This document shows, piece after piece, positions 29,426-39,628 of a stretch of 64,000 bases of DNA. The position numbers were made by a program, and so were the translations under genes. How positions within the stretch are numbered: position 1 is the stretch's first letter; every line of letters starts with the position of its first letter. The notes under the pieces were generated by a model. The model was not told the origin of the DNA, did not search any database, and saw nothing but the letters and a program-made list of their open reading frames with translations. The DNA comes from a virus (lineage: Duplodnaviria > Heunggongvirae > Uroviricota > Caudoviricetes): positions 64,958-128,957 of IMG/VR virus record IMGVR_UViG_3300037882_002341, one strand, 5' to 3'.

Positions 29426-31103
29426 ATTCCTGCTACCCAATAACAGTGTGATTACAGAGAAAGCCCTGCGTGACTTCTACGCTAGGGTTCGTGGCATTAT
29501 TTCTCGCCGTGATAGCGCCGATGGTCTTTCTGTTATGGAGAAGACACTGAGTGCTCTCGAGAACTTCTTTACCAATCTTGGTAAACCACAGTTCTCTCAC
29601 ACAGAGATACAGCCAGAAGATCCTGTTATAAGCCAAGATGTAAACGAAACCATCTCACTTATTGTTGGAGATGTCGGAACAGGATATCAAGAAGTGGCAA
29701 GCCTCAGAGAAGCAGCCATCTCTACCCATAACTATTCTTCCATGCACATAGGTGAGATACAAAGAAGAGCAGATGAGATCGCCGGTCTAGTCACAGACCT
29801 GAGACTATTATCAGATCAAAACGGAGAAGAGGTAATAGTCTTCTCGGATAACTTCGTAGACGAATCTAAGATTGATATCACCTTCCCTATTGAGCATCCT
29901 CCTGCGCAAACAATGCCGGGGCAGGGATCTCTTACTCTGTTTAGAACAGCCGCAAGATCTCTTGTGGGAGAGAATCTAGAATGCTCAGTTGCAAACATAG
30001 GCTCAGCTTCCAGAGAAGCCACACCAGATAATGTTGGTCGATTCTATGAAGGACACTTCTATTCTTATCTAGGCGAAGCCGAACCAGAAGGTGGAATATT
30101 CCATTTAGAGGAGAAGCTAAATTCAGCATCTCTAGACGGTCTTGATCAGGCCTCATTCTCTTTACCAGAAGAGATAAGGGGCAATAGCCTAAGAAAGCAA
30201 AGAGCTAGAGCCAGAGAGCACCATGCTTTCGTTGTACCTGGAGGGGCAGAAGCTAAGTTCCTAGAAGAAGTTAAGACCGGTCTTTTCAATGATAGGTTCA
30301 CGGGGAAAGATGGTAATAAGAAGTTTAAGAAGTTTATAAGAGTAAACAGAAGGTCTGCTCATAGAAAAGATAAGAAAGCTAGAAAACAATTCCTTCACTT
30401 TGCAAGGAATCCAGACGAGGCAGAGCAGGCTGGGTTTGATATCAATTCAACTGAAATACCATTAACAGCAGAAAACTTCTTTGTCGTTGACAAGGGAGCC
30501 TCAGAAGAGGAACTACAAAAACAACGCATCAAAATGTTAGACGGTAACCCTGGTTCATATTGGCAATGCGAGTTAGTAAGATCAACAAACGTAATTCAAG
30601 ACTACGTTAACTCTCTTGTTGCTGAAACAGAGAACGTAGAAGTATCAGCCTCAGAACTTAGAGATCTGGCTAGTTCAAACGCAGTTGATCGTGAAGACTT
30701 CGAAATAGAGATAGTAATTTCTTATCAGCAACCAGTATCTATGAACTGGATCACAATGGTCCCAATGACATTTGATGACGGTGCCTATCTAGAGGTTTCG
30801 GATGTCTCAACCTCTCCCGACCTTGAAAGCGAATTCGTCCAGATAGAATCCTTTGCCTCAAATCAGTTCGCCAACATCCTTACAGAAGAAGCGAATGAAG
30901 AACTTCCAAAAGACATAGCTACCTATCTTTTGGCTCCATCCAGATTCTCATACAGAGGAACCGGAGTATGGCCTTTTGCGCAGAGAACTGTCCAAAAGGT
31001 TAGATTCAGGCTCAAACAAAGAACACCAACACCTAATCCTTATGAGAAGTTTGTCCTTGAGGCAGAAAGAACACTTACTACTCAGGGCAGGAGGAGAAGG
31101 TAA
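29418..31103 (+). CDS. Virion structural protein, paralog family member 2a (N-terminal half)
   Basis: N-terminal helical region, KMLDGNPGSYW motif, VQKVRFRLKQ; lacks the C-terminal family motifs. Confidence 0.7.
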   Translation: MRRFLLPNNSVITEKALRDFYARVRGIISRRDSADGLSVMEKTLSALENFFTNLGKPQFSHTEIQPEDPVISQDVNETISLIVGDVGTGYQEVASLREAAISTHNYSSMHIGEIQRRADEIAGLVTDLRLLSDQNGEEVIVFSDNFVDESKIDITFPIEHPPAQTMPGQGSLTLFRTAARSLVGENLECSVANIGSASREATPDNVGRFYEGHFYSYLGEAEPEGGIFHLEEKLNSASLDGLDQASFSLPEEIRGNSLRKQRARAREHHAFVVPGGAEAKFLEEVKTGLFNDRFTGKDGNKKFKKFIRVNRRSAHRKDKKARKQFLHFARNPDEAEQAGFDINSTEIPLTAENFFVVDKGASEEELQKQRIKMLDGNPGSYWQCELVRSTNVIQDYVNSLVAETENVEVSASELRDLASSNAVDREDFEIEIVISYQQPVSMNWITMVPMTFDDGAYLEVSDVSTSPDLESEFVQIESFASNQFANILTEEANEELPKDIATYLLAPSRFSYRGTGVWPFAQRTVQKVRFRLKQRTPTPNPYEKFVLEAERTLTTQGRRRR

Positions 31104-31888
31104 TGTCAAAACGTAAAGAGGTTACAAGAGATCTTACAAGAAGAATCGAACTAACCTATCTCCAGTCTGTACAACTACTAGAGGGAGATAGACCACCAGA
31201 AGATTTCTTCGAAATAGGAACAGACTTTTCTCCTATAAGTCGCCTAAAGTTCAGGGGTAATAAACTAATAGGCAGACGTCGAGAGCAAAAGTATGACGAG
31301 ATATTAAGGACCAAGTTTCCTTATAGTCCCGATCCTCAACAGAACAGAAGTCAGGACACAGGGTGGATCTTAACGGATCAATACAAAGAAGTTGATTGGT
31401 CAAAGGTTTGTTATCGCATAGGCATAAGAGAGATAGGACTTAATTCGTTTGAGTTTGCACCAGTATCAACTGCGGTAAGTCTTCCTATTTCATCTCCCAA
31501 GCCTATTTGGAAGATAGTGTTAAGGGCAAAAGAAGAGATACCAAAAGAGTTTAATCCATCCAGAGGATGGATTTGGTATTTCGTAAGTGTTGATGATGGA
31601 GCAAATTGGATAAGAATTAATCCTCTCGACAAGCCTACAAGATTCTCAGACACTGGAACCGTTGTCCCAAGGGTTATAACAATCAATTCAGAGATAGTCT
31701 CCGCAGATCCAGAAGAACACAACGTAGTATCCACCGAGGATATCAAGAGAGTAAGACTCAAGTACACTCTTTTCGCAGATAAAACAACAGACGATCCAAC
31801 AGGAGTTTCGCCTGTTCTAAAATCAGTTCAACTCTTGATGTATCCAAAGGGTGGTCTTTCCGGGGCAGATACGGAACAGGTGATCTAA
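31103..31888 (+). CDS. Virion structural protein, paralog family member 2b (C-terminal half)
   Basis: GIREIGL, YFVSVDDGANWIRINP, SPVLKSVQLL; AGGAGG SD upstream of the start. Confidence 0.7.
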   Translation: MSKRKEVTRDLTRRIELTYLQSVQLLEGDRPPEDFFEIGTDFSPISRLKFRGNKLIGRRREQKYDEILRTKFPYSPDPQQNRSQDTGWILTDQYKEVDWSKVCYRIGIREIGLNSFEFAPVSTAVSLPISSPKPIWKIVLRAKEEIPKEFNPSRGWIWYFVSVDDGANWIRINPLDKPTRFSDTGTVVPRVITINSEIVSADPEEHNVVSTEDIKRVRLKYTLFADKTTDDPTGVSPVLKSVQLLMYPKGGLSGADTEQVI

Positions 31889-32145
31889 TGAGCTTTAGCT
31901 TTGAGTTCATCATGTCTAATCCAACCAAGCCCAGCATTGATGAAATTGTCAAGCAACAAGGCATGGGAGATTATGTATTGCACTTTCACATTGAACCAGA
32001 TCCAAGTGGTAAAGGAACAAGGATAGGCAAGATTATATTAATCAAAAATGGAGAGATAGTTGATAACCTAATCTCCATAAACATCCTGGCCGTATCGGAC
32101 ACAGCTAAACCTATCACAGTAGATACAAGATTTATATTCGGGTAA
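31888..32145 (+). CDS. Hypothetical protein
   Basis: 85-aa ORF, TAATG-coupled. Confidence 0.6.
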   Translation: MSFSFEFIMSNPTKPSIDEIVKQQGMGDYVLHFHIEPDPSGKGTRIGKIILIKNGEIVDNLISINILAVSDTAKPITVDTRFIFG

Positions 32146-32155
32146 TTGGAGAATC

Positions 32156-35100
32156 ATGGGACTAATAGATATTCAGTTTAGAGAAGCTCTTCGTGAGGCT
32201 TCTATAAAGATTCTAAAAGAGGGTAAGGTCCCCTCTTTGTCTAGGACCGTCAAGGAAATCCAAAAGAGATTATCTGGTGAAGTTGCCACGCCTACAGGCA
32301 AATTCAGGAACCAAAATAGAAGAGCTCAATGGGATCTTGCTGGCATGAACTCTTTCATGACAGAATTAGACTTTGATCTAAAGGTAATGTATAAGTCACT
32401 CTTAGAACTTTCCAATAGAGTCCTGAAAAGACTCAATCTTGTTGAGACATCCACCAGGGCACAACATGCCCAGATGGACAACATCGAAGGCACAGCGAGA
32501 AACCTACTCTTTGTTATTCAGAACGGGGATGGTCACTTCAACGCTTTCTATGATGACTTTCATGACTACTCCAAGATTAACCTGGAAAGAACAACCAGAG
32601 ACGCTGTCGATCTTAAATCTCAAACCCTAGAGCTTCCCGATGCATCTCCTAATACCAGGAAGATTAGTCTCGAGCATCTCCACAATACCAATGCGTGGGC
32701 CTATGATGTAAACGCAAACTCTGAAATCATAAGATCAGAAACTCCAGACGATGCGTTGTTCAAAAACATATTCTTAGATACTGTTAGCATGTGGCGCCAC
32801 GACGTAATAACAAGAGAAGCCGGACCAACCTCTCTGTCGTTTGAGATACCGGTGCATCGTATAACGGGAGGGGAGATATCCATAAGCCGTATACAAGTCA
32901 CAGGTGTCTCTGAGCACACACAGCAAATAGAGGTAACCTACTCTATAGATGGTATTAACTTTTTGGTATTCCCAAACACCCCAACAATAGTTGAGCTAGA
33001 CAAGTCTAGTAGAGCAGTAAATATAGACTTCCCCTTGACCAGGGTAGAGTTCTTGAGATTTAAACTCTATCGTAGTAACCACGACAAGATAATTGAGGCA
33101 GGTTATCTAACCAGTTTTGGCTTGCGCAATATTTCACTCTATTCTATTGGCAGGTCTTTCGGAGCAGAGCTCACCTCAAAAGTCTTCACTATCCCAGAAG
33201 GAGAAAGACTGGACAAACTTGCTCTGTCTGTCTTCGAAGAAATCCCACAGGGAACAGATATAAAATACTATCTCGCCACAATAGACAACGAGACCATTGA
33301 CGATGACCAGGCCTTGACAGATGGTCAATGGATACCCATCACCCCCACAAATAGACTTAGAAAGAAAGATGAGCCAACAAGACTAATAAGAATCAGCACA
33401 CTCTCTGAAAAGACTTTAGACTATATCCCTAAGAGTCCAGTGACATATCAGATAGAGCATAAGGGTCAGAAGTTTTATCCGCTCAATATGGCTACCGATA
33501 CTGCTACACCAGAGAAAATCACAGACGATATAGTCTTTAAGACAGCATCTTTACAACGTGGTAAGAATGCCTGGTTAAGAAAAAAGACAGGAGAAGAGCT
33601 CTTGTTTAATGTGGTAGGGAACTTTATTTCATTCTCCACAGGGACCAGGCAGAAACTCTACACTATATCCCAAGAGACTGTTGGGTTTGGTACACCACTA
33701 ACCTTCAATAATATAGAACGTTCAACCCTTGAAGTAACCAGACCGATAGACTACAGGTATGGCGCAGGTATGTCTGTTGTTCCTCCTGTCAACGTAGATC
33801 CTTACAGCGTACCAGATCCACTGCATTCTATTTATGAAGTGTCTCTCACAACTCCATCACAAGAATATGAAGAGATTGTTATTATGCCAACCACCTCTGG
33901 TGGCAGATACAAACTAACTAAGGCACCTATAGAGATTGAAGAGTCTCAGACAGAAATAGAATACCTTTCCGCTTTCAGACCAAACCTGGGCGTTCATGAT
34001 GATGAACTAATTGCCGCCCTGGAAGCAAGAACAGGTCTGTCAGACTTCCATGGCAATACAATTAAGTCCATGGTCTCATTAAGCACTCCCGCAGATGTTG
34101 CCGCAGGCAAACCTCAGCTTACTAGGTTCGTTATTGGCAACGATGACTCTTCGTCTGTTGTGCAAAATCGCACACTAGATGGGGAAGTTATTGAAACCAT
34201 AGCTATGCCAGCTCCATCAAGAAGAGCTTACGGTGAGCTTTCAGATGATCAGATCCTTGCGCTATTTGGTAGAGTAAAGTTCAGAACAAAGTTCATACGT
34301 GGTATACGCGCTGAGGGTGTAGTAGACCCAACCAGGATGTATCTACCGGGAGAACATTTCGAGATCACTCTCATTAAAGATCCCACAACAGGCATAGAAG
34401 ACCTGTACGTATCCATAGCACCAGCTAACCCCGCAAGGGCAATAAGTATTGCCCCAGGAGAATCTGTTAGATTTAAGTTTAAGTATAAGAAGAATCTCAT
34501 ACAGCACGTAATAGCAATAGATGGGAACAGAGTTTATCTAGATAGAAAGTTTGATGACTTTACAAATGCCAATTCTGGTTTTAGAGTTAAGATTGGTTAT
34601 AGATTCACGCCAGTTGGCACAAACGAAGTTCTTGGTAATACGCTGGTAGTCTCATCTGTCATAGGTGGAACACCCTACATCCAAGGCAAGGACTACCACT
34701 TTAATCCCAGAGACGGAACCATTACACAGATACCTTCTGGAAAGATAACAACTTCGAATGGTAAGACGGTAGCTTATGCCTCGTTTACCCACAAGGGAGC
34801 CCTTAATTCTCTTGAAACATTCTCAGCCTGGGTGTTTGTCTCTAGTAGAGACCCCATTAAAATACATTATCCAATCATAGAAATAGATTCCGAGTTTGGG
34901 GAAAAGATCCTAATATCCACGGGGAATGGATCACTAGTAGACATATCTGGTACAACAGAGACGCCTGAGCTCGAGTACGGTTGGCACCAGGTACTGGTAC
35001 ACTCCAGAGATCCAGACGTCTTCTCTGGAACAGCCATACGTAAGGTAGCAGAGCTTCTAGACCTTTCTGGCCAACCAGTCTTTATGGCGGGTGGCAACAA

Positions 35101-35467
35101 TTTCTCTGCGCTTGTAGGCACAAGGGTACCGTTAACACAAGTACCAATAGATTTTATGTTAAACTCTATTGTCCCAACAGATCATAGTAAATTTGCAATA
35201 GACGCCACGGGCCATCTAATAGTCAACTTCCAACCAAATACACAGCAAGACTTTTATACATATGGACTTAGGTTAACGGGATCAGGGTCCCAGTTAGAAA
35301 ACGAAGCACAGTATTATGATGAGGAATTCCGTCTAAAATATTCCTATCATAGAGATGAAGCCAGAACAATTTATGGGGTACTATTTAAAACAGTATTAAG
35401 TAGAGGTAGGGATACGAACGATAGTATTACGCCAAAACTTAATGGATATCAAATCAGATTGGCCTAA
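32156..35467 (+). CDS. Virion structural protein, paralog family member 3 (1103 aa)
   Basis: NIFLDTVSMW, GLRNISL, WIPITP and C-terminal TPKLNGYQIRLA. Confidence 0.7.
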   Translation: MGLIDIQFREALREASIKILKEGKVPSLSRTVKEIQKRLSGEVATPTGKFRNQNRRAQWDLAGMNSFMTELDFDLKVMYKSLLELSNRVLKRLNLVETSTRAQHAQMDNIEGTARNLLFVIQNGDGHFNAFYDDFHDYSKINLERTTRDAVDLKSQTLELPDASPNTRKISLEHLHNTNAWAYDVNANSEIIRSETPDDALFKNIFLDTVSMWRHDVITREAGPTSLSFEIPVHRITGGEISISRIQVTGVSEHTQQIEVTYSIDGINFLVFPNTPTIVELDKSSRAVNIDFPLTRVEFLRFKLYRSNHDKIIEAGYLTSFGLRNISLYSIGRSFGAELTSKVFTIPEGERLDKLALSVFEEIPQGTDIKYYLATIDNETIDDDQALTDGQWIPITPTNRLRKKDEPTRLIRISTLSEKTLDYIPKSPVTYQIEHKGQKFYPLNMATDTATPEKITDDIVFKTASLQRGKNAWLRKKTGEELLFNVVGNFISFSTGTRQKLYTISQETVGFGTPLTFNNIERSTLEVTRPIDYRYGAGMSVVPPVNVDPYSVPDPLHSIYEVSLTTPSQEYEEIVIMPTTSGGRYKLTKAPIEIEESQTEIEYLSAFRPNLGVHDDELIAALEARTGLSDFHGNTIKSMVSLSTPADVAAGKPQLTRFVIGNDDSSSVVQNRTLDGEVIETIAMPAPSRRAYGELSDDQILALFGRVKFRTKFIRGIRAEGVVDPTRMYLPGEHFEITLIKDPTTGIEDLYVSIAPANPARAISIAPGESVRFKFKYKKNLIQHVIAIDGNRVYLDRKFDDFTNANSGFRVKIGYRFTPVGTNEVLGNTLVVSSVIGGTPYIQGKDYHFNPRDGTITQIPSGKITTSNGKTVAYASFTHKGALNSLETFSAWVFVSSRDPIKIHYPIIEIDSEFGEKILISTGNGSLVDISGTTETPELEYGWHQVLVHSRDPDVFSGTAIRKVAELLDLSGQPVFMAGGNNFSALVGTRVPLTQVPIDFMLNSIVPTDHSKFAIDATGHLIVNFQPNTQQDFYTYGLRLTGSGSQLENEAQYYDEEFRLKYSYHRDEARTIYGVLFKTVLSRGRDTNDSITPKLNGYQIRLA

Positions 35468-35469
35468 CC

Positions 35470-35769
35470 ATGAAGATGGATGCTAGCGTATGCTATCTAT
35501 ATATGATAGGTTCTAAGAAGACTAAGAAAAAATACATTGGTATTACCAATAATCCCTGTGCACGATGGGGGTCTCACAAAGAACTAGCAAGGAGTGGAGA
35601 TGATAAACCGCTCTATAAAGCTATGAAGACTTATGGTATAAAGTCTTTTAACTTTGCTATATTGTGCACGGGCCCAAGGTGGGCCCTGTCTAATTTGGAA
35701 AGAGCTCTTATCACCTACTGGAAAACACAACACCCCGATGGGTTTAATCTAGCACCGGGTGGAGAATAA
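35470..35769 (+). CDS. GIY-YIG nuclease (free-standing homing-endonuclease-like, catalytic domain only)
   Basis: YLYMIGSKKTKKKYIGIT...RWGSH...PLYKAMKTYG...LERALI...GFNLAPGG contains the GIY-YIG, R, E and N motifs. Confidence 0.85.
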   Translation: MKMDASVCYLYMIGSKKTKKKYIGITNNPCARWGSHKELARSGDDKPLYKAMKTYGIKSFNFAILCTGPRWALSNLERALITYWKTQHPDGFNLAPGGE

Positions 35770-35772
35770 AGC

Positions 35773-37080
35773 ATGAGTACTTTTAAACCAACAGTCAGAA
35801 GGATTTCTATTCGCCGTGGAGGAAGGATAGATTCCGAGAAGCTATCCACATTTTTCGACCAGGTTGTAGATGACATGCTTGTCACTGCGGAGAACACCAC
35901 GGACCTTTCTCTGCAGATTACAGATCAGGCAAAGGCCTCTCACGATTCTGATAGAGATCTAAGACAAAGGATAGAACAACTCAGACAAGAGATAGAAGCC
36001 ATGCGTACAAGAGACGCTGAAGACAATCTTAATCTTGTGTACCATATCAGTATGCATGACTCTACCAAGTTCCAGTTCCTTTCCAATAGTACCTATGCCA
36101 CAAGGGTGGCAGTTGACACCTTACTAGGAGAAGCAACTGTACCTATCAATGCAGCAGAACCGCGATTCTTTCAGATGTCTATTAATACCGGAGATGTTAT
36201 ACCCATAGAAGATCTATCCATTACTGTTACTGGTACTTTTGACGCAGGTGATGAACAGGGTCTTATTAACCACGAATCCGGAGGCACAGTAAAAGCAGGC
36301 TCACCAGCAAGAGCGTTTAATGGGAACAATATCAGTAGATGGATAAGAGAAGTATCCTATGATCTTTATAGCGATGTTACAGAAGTTATGTGTGAGCTGA
36401 CAGTTGATCTTCCCGCAGGATCTGGTGGTGAGTCCAACGTGGTTTATATCGTACCGGCACCAGCCGGGGACGTAGATATCACTGGTGTATATATCTCACC
36501 AGATCTTGGTAATTCCTTTACGCTAGTCCCCAACTTCACAGCGGTATATGGGTCAGGTCCAAAGAGATGGATCTTCCCTGTTAAACAAGTGCAAAGATTA
36601 AAGATTAGATTAAGACAGAAGAACTGGATTGAGGAAGATGGGAAGAAGGTATTCAGATACGGGGCTCAAGAGATTGGATTACAGCTATTAGAGTGGGACA
36701 AGGTTTACAGTTCTTCCAATCCCATAAACCAGAACCATACGGTTGTATTAAAGCAAGATGCACCAGACGGGTATGGTTTTAACAAGCTCTCGAGCCTAAG
36801 CACATTCCCGATGTATACTCTTGAGGATGTCGGTGCCAGACACATACACATCAAGGCATCGACCGATGAGGACGGCACAGATATAATTTGGGACTCAGAC
36901 CTTGACGCCAGACCTCAAGACACCTCAGGGTTCGATCCAAGCGAACCTATTGAAACAATATATTTCATTGTGACCCTAAACTATGTCCAAACATCAGGTG
37001 GGTCATCAAGCCCATTCTTTGTTGGAACAACCCCCGTGTTTACTGGACTATCTTTCCAGGCTAATGTAGAGGCTCTCTAG
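35773..37080 (+). CDS. Virion structural protein, paralog family member 4
   Basis: N-terminal coiled coil, RAFNGNNISRW, GAQEIGL and C-terminal TPVFTGLSF. Confidence 0.7.
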   Translation: MSTFKPTVRRISIRRGGRIDSEKLSTFFDQVVDDMLVTAENTTDLSLQITDQAKASHDSDRDLRQRIEQLRQEIEAMRTRDAEDNLNLVYHISMHDSTKFQFLSNSTYATRVAVDTLLGEATVPINAAEPRFFQMSINTGDVIPIEDLSITVTGTFDAGDEQGLINHESGGTVKAGSPARAFNGNNISRWIREVSYDLYSDVTEVMCELTVDLPAGSGGESNVVYIVPAPAGDVDITGVYISPDLGNSFTLVPNFTAVYGSGPKRWIFPVKQVQRLKIRLRQKNWIEEDGKKVFRYGAQEIGLQLLEWDKVYSSSNPINQNHTVVLKQDAPDGYGFNKLSSLSTFPMYTLEDVGARHIHIKASTDEDGTDIIWDSDLDARPQDTSGFDPSEPIETIYFIVTLNYVQTSGGSSSPFFVGTTPVFTGLSFQANVEAL

Positions 37081-37081
37081 T

Positions 37082-37306
37082 ATGGCTATTCAAGATGAAG
37101 TTGATACTCTTAAGAAACAAGTTGTACACTTTCTTACCAGTGTGCAAATTCAAGCTCTCATTACCGCGCTGGGTACAACACACACAACACTAACCACAAA
37201 CGTGGCAGCCAACACAGCAGATATTCTTGCCATCCTAACCACACTCCAGAGCATAGCTGACCAGGTGGAAGATCACGAGACTAGGATAACGGCGCTAGAG
37301 GCATAG
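37082..37306 (+). CDS. Small coiled-coil virion protein
   Basis: 74 aa with heptad pattern (LQSIADQVEDHETRITALEA). Confidence 0.65.
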   Translation: MAIQDEVDTLKKQVVHFLTSVQIQALITALGTTHTTLTTNVAANTADILAILTTLQSIADQVEDHETRITALEA

Positions 37307-37307
37307 A

Positions 37308-39167
37308 ATGTCCAATGTTGAAACCTTCTCAACCATCATTAAAGATGGAGAAGAACTTACCAAGATAAACACCTGGCTGAATAAATTCAGAAAGGGTGAG
37401 TTGGTAAGGTTTCAATCACAAAGAGTTACTAGCGATTCCACTAAGCTTGTTCTAGAGGCACAGGACCACAAGAGACTTAGGATTCTCTCGTCTTGGCCAC
37501 CTCACCAAAGTTATCTTGCCACAGGCAAGACCGTACCCTATATAGATATTTACTTCACAGAGCCAGTGGATATCGATAGTCTCTATGGAGAGGTAACTCT
37601 CAATGAGACCGCCATAGCGGATGACAAGCTTGAATTGCTTGACAACGACTACACCCTGAGGATAGATACCTCTGGGTTTACTATGACGACAGCGGGTCAA
37701 TACGAGCTTATCCTAGGGGACGGTGTCCTTCACGCGAATGGACTTTGGAAACTTCATGGTGAGAGAAAGGTTCTTTGGTCCACATCGGAACATGGAGGAT
37801 CACGAGGAGGGGAAGATATAGTTGATATGGAGAAATCTATTCTTCATATCGCCAAGATTATTGTTGAAGGGCAGCACGATGAACAGAAGATGATTAAGGA
37901 GTTTTACAATATCTACTCAGTAGATCCCGACTGTATTGAGTACATGAATCTTACTTCTGGCTATCCAGAATATGACAAGACTATATTGTGGGTAGTATAT
38001 TCTCATGGAAGTATCCCGTATGTAAAGTGTGTTAATCCAGAATATAAGAGTTGTTTCTTTCAGGATGGGGCGCCAGGGGAAGTAATAGTGGAGATAGGTT
38101 TAACAGAATCTATAGATGAAGATTCTCTTGAGGATCAGATAACAGTAGATGGAACAATTGTTTCAGACTGGGATCTCACACAAGACAATAAACTGCTAAC
38201 AGTTAGATTTACACCATCACAATATAAACATCATGTAGTTAAGATTGCACAAATGAAGTCAGGAGACTTCCTTAGAACATGGCCATTTGCATTTTCATTT
38301 GTTATACATAAGATAACCGGCTCAGGCAATGCCGACACTGTAACAACAGAAGCAATAAGTGATGATACTCTTGCGCATGTACTTTTAGCTCATGAGGTTT
38401 CCGGTAACCAAGTACCTTCCACAGATCCCGGTATTACATATAACTCAGTCACCAATACGCTTACAACCACACTTAATGGCAATGCAACTAACGTAACCGG
38501 TGTTGTGGCCGTAGCTAATGGAGGTACCGGATCTGCCACGGTGGCCGGAGCAAAGGACGCTCTCAATATACCTTTTATAAGTACCGTACCATTAACTAAT
38601 TCTGGATCACCGTACACACTTACATCTGCTGATGCATGCAAGTTCTATAAAGTGGACACCTCGTCTGGCAGCGTAACCATCAATCTCCCAGCTGGAAGCA
38701 CAATGGTGGATGGAGATGTGATAGGTTTTATAAAAGTATCAGCCGCAAACTCTCTTATTATTGCCAGGGCGGGCTCGGACACCATCGACGGAGCCACCTC
38801 TCTAACCTACACCAATGAATACTCATCATGTATAATAGAATCTGGTGCAAATACACTGTGGTCTGTTGTATCCGAGTCCGCCGGTGCAGTAAAACCTCCT
38901 CTTAAGTTTGTTGCCGTAAATACAACAGCAGTACCAAACGAAGTTATAGTGGTTAATACTGGTGGCGGAGCCATAACAATAGATCTACCGGCATCGCCGG
39001 CAAACAGTGATACTGTTGAAATAAAAAGAAGTGGAGCTAACACAGTAACAGTGGGTCGTAACGGAAAGAATATTGAAAACGTTGCCGCTGACGATTCAAT
39101 AGGTTCAGATCTTGTCTCGTACCTTTACCGTTATGATTCGGAAAATGGTACATGGTGGAAATTCTAA
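37308..39167 (+). CDS. Tail-fibre-like protein with two SbsA/Big_5-like Ig domains
   Basis: YIDIYFTEPVDIDSL...GQYELILGDGV and VIVEIGLTESIDEDSL...KHHVVKI. Fibre motifs VVAVANGGTGS, YKVDTSSGSVTINLP, VNTGGGAITIDLPASP. Confidence 0.65.
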   Translation: MSNVETFSTIIKDGEELTKINTWLNKFRKGELVRFQSQRVTSDSTKLVLEAQDHKRLRILSSWPPHQSYLATGKTVPYIDIYFTEPVDIDSLYGEVTLNETAIADDKLELLDNDYTLRIDTSGFTMTTAGQYELILGDGVLHANGLWKLHGERKVLWSTSEHGGSRGGEDIVDMEKSILHIAKIIVEGQHDEQKMIKEFYNIYSVDPDCIEYMNLTSGYPEYDKTILWVVYSHGSIPYVKCVNPEYKSCFFQDGAPGEVIVEIGLTESIDEDSLEDQITVDGTIVSDWDLTQDNKLLTVRFTPSQYKHHVVKIAQMKSGDFLRTWPFAFSFVIHKITGSGNADTVTTEAISDDTLAHVLLAHEVSGNQVPSTDPGITYNSVTNTLTTTLNGNATNVTGVVAVANGGTGSATVAGAKDALNIPFISTVPLTNSGSPYTLTSADACKFYKVDTSSGSVTINLPAGSTMVDGDVIGFIKVSAANSLIIARAGSDTIDGATSLTYTNEYSSCIIESGANTLWSVVSESAGAVKPPLKFVAVNTTAVPNEVIVVNTGGGAITIDLPASPANSDTVEIKRSGANTVTVGRNGKNIENVAADDSIGSDLVSYLYRYDSENGTWWKF

Positions 39168-39628
39168 TGAGTCATCATCCTCCTACAGCTATCCCATATC
39201 TCTTAACCATGTGTTCTCAAACCACAACGGGAGATACAACAACGCTCCTTCATGGACTCTGCCCTAAGCTTTCAGGAGAAGTCACCGAGTACCTAGATGG
39301 CACAGGTGACTTCTCGGTCCCTTCTCATCCACCTGTAAGCGGAAGCGAGTTAACGGGATCTATTCTGGCACCGGGCCTAATCGGCATCGCATCTGACCAA
39401 GCCTGTTCGGGAAACGACACAAGACTATCTGATGCCCGTTCCCCTGTCTCACACGCTGCTTCTCATAAAACAGGGGGCTCAGATCCTCTTAAGCTTAATG
39501 AACTTACTACACCTACAGCATCTGTTGATTTTGGCAATCAAGAGGCTTTGGGTTTTAGATTAGAAAATAGAGTCACAGATCCATTAACACCTAGTGTTGG
39601 TCAAATCTGGTTAAGGACCGATCTATAA
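39167..39628 (+). CDS. Tail-fibre-associated protein
   Basis: Start at the TAATG overlap. HGLCPKLSG..YLDGTGDFS and DTRLSDARSP.SHAASHKTGGSDPL motifs are common in fibre proteins. Confidence 0.6.
   Translation: MSHHPPTAIPYLLTMCSQTTTGDTTTLLHGLCPKLSGEVTEYLDGTGDFSVPSHPPVSGSELTGSILAPGLIGIASDQACSGNDTRLSDARSPVSHAASHKTGGSDPLKLNELTTPTASVDFGNQEALGFRLENRVTDPLTPSVGQIWLRTDL

Noticed and set aside
31058-31105. Programmed -1 frameshift fusing 29418 and 31103 ORFs
   Set aside because: No slippery heptamer in the shared open stretch, and the downstream gene has its own strong SD.
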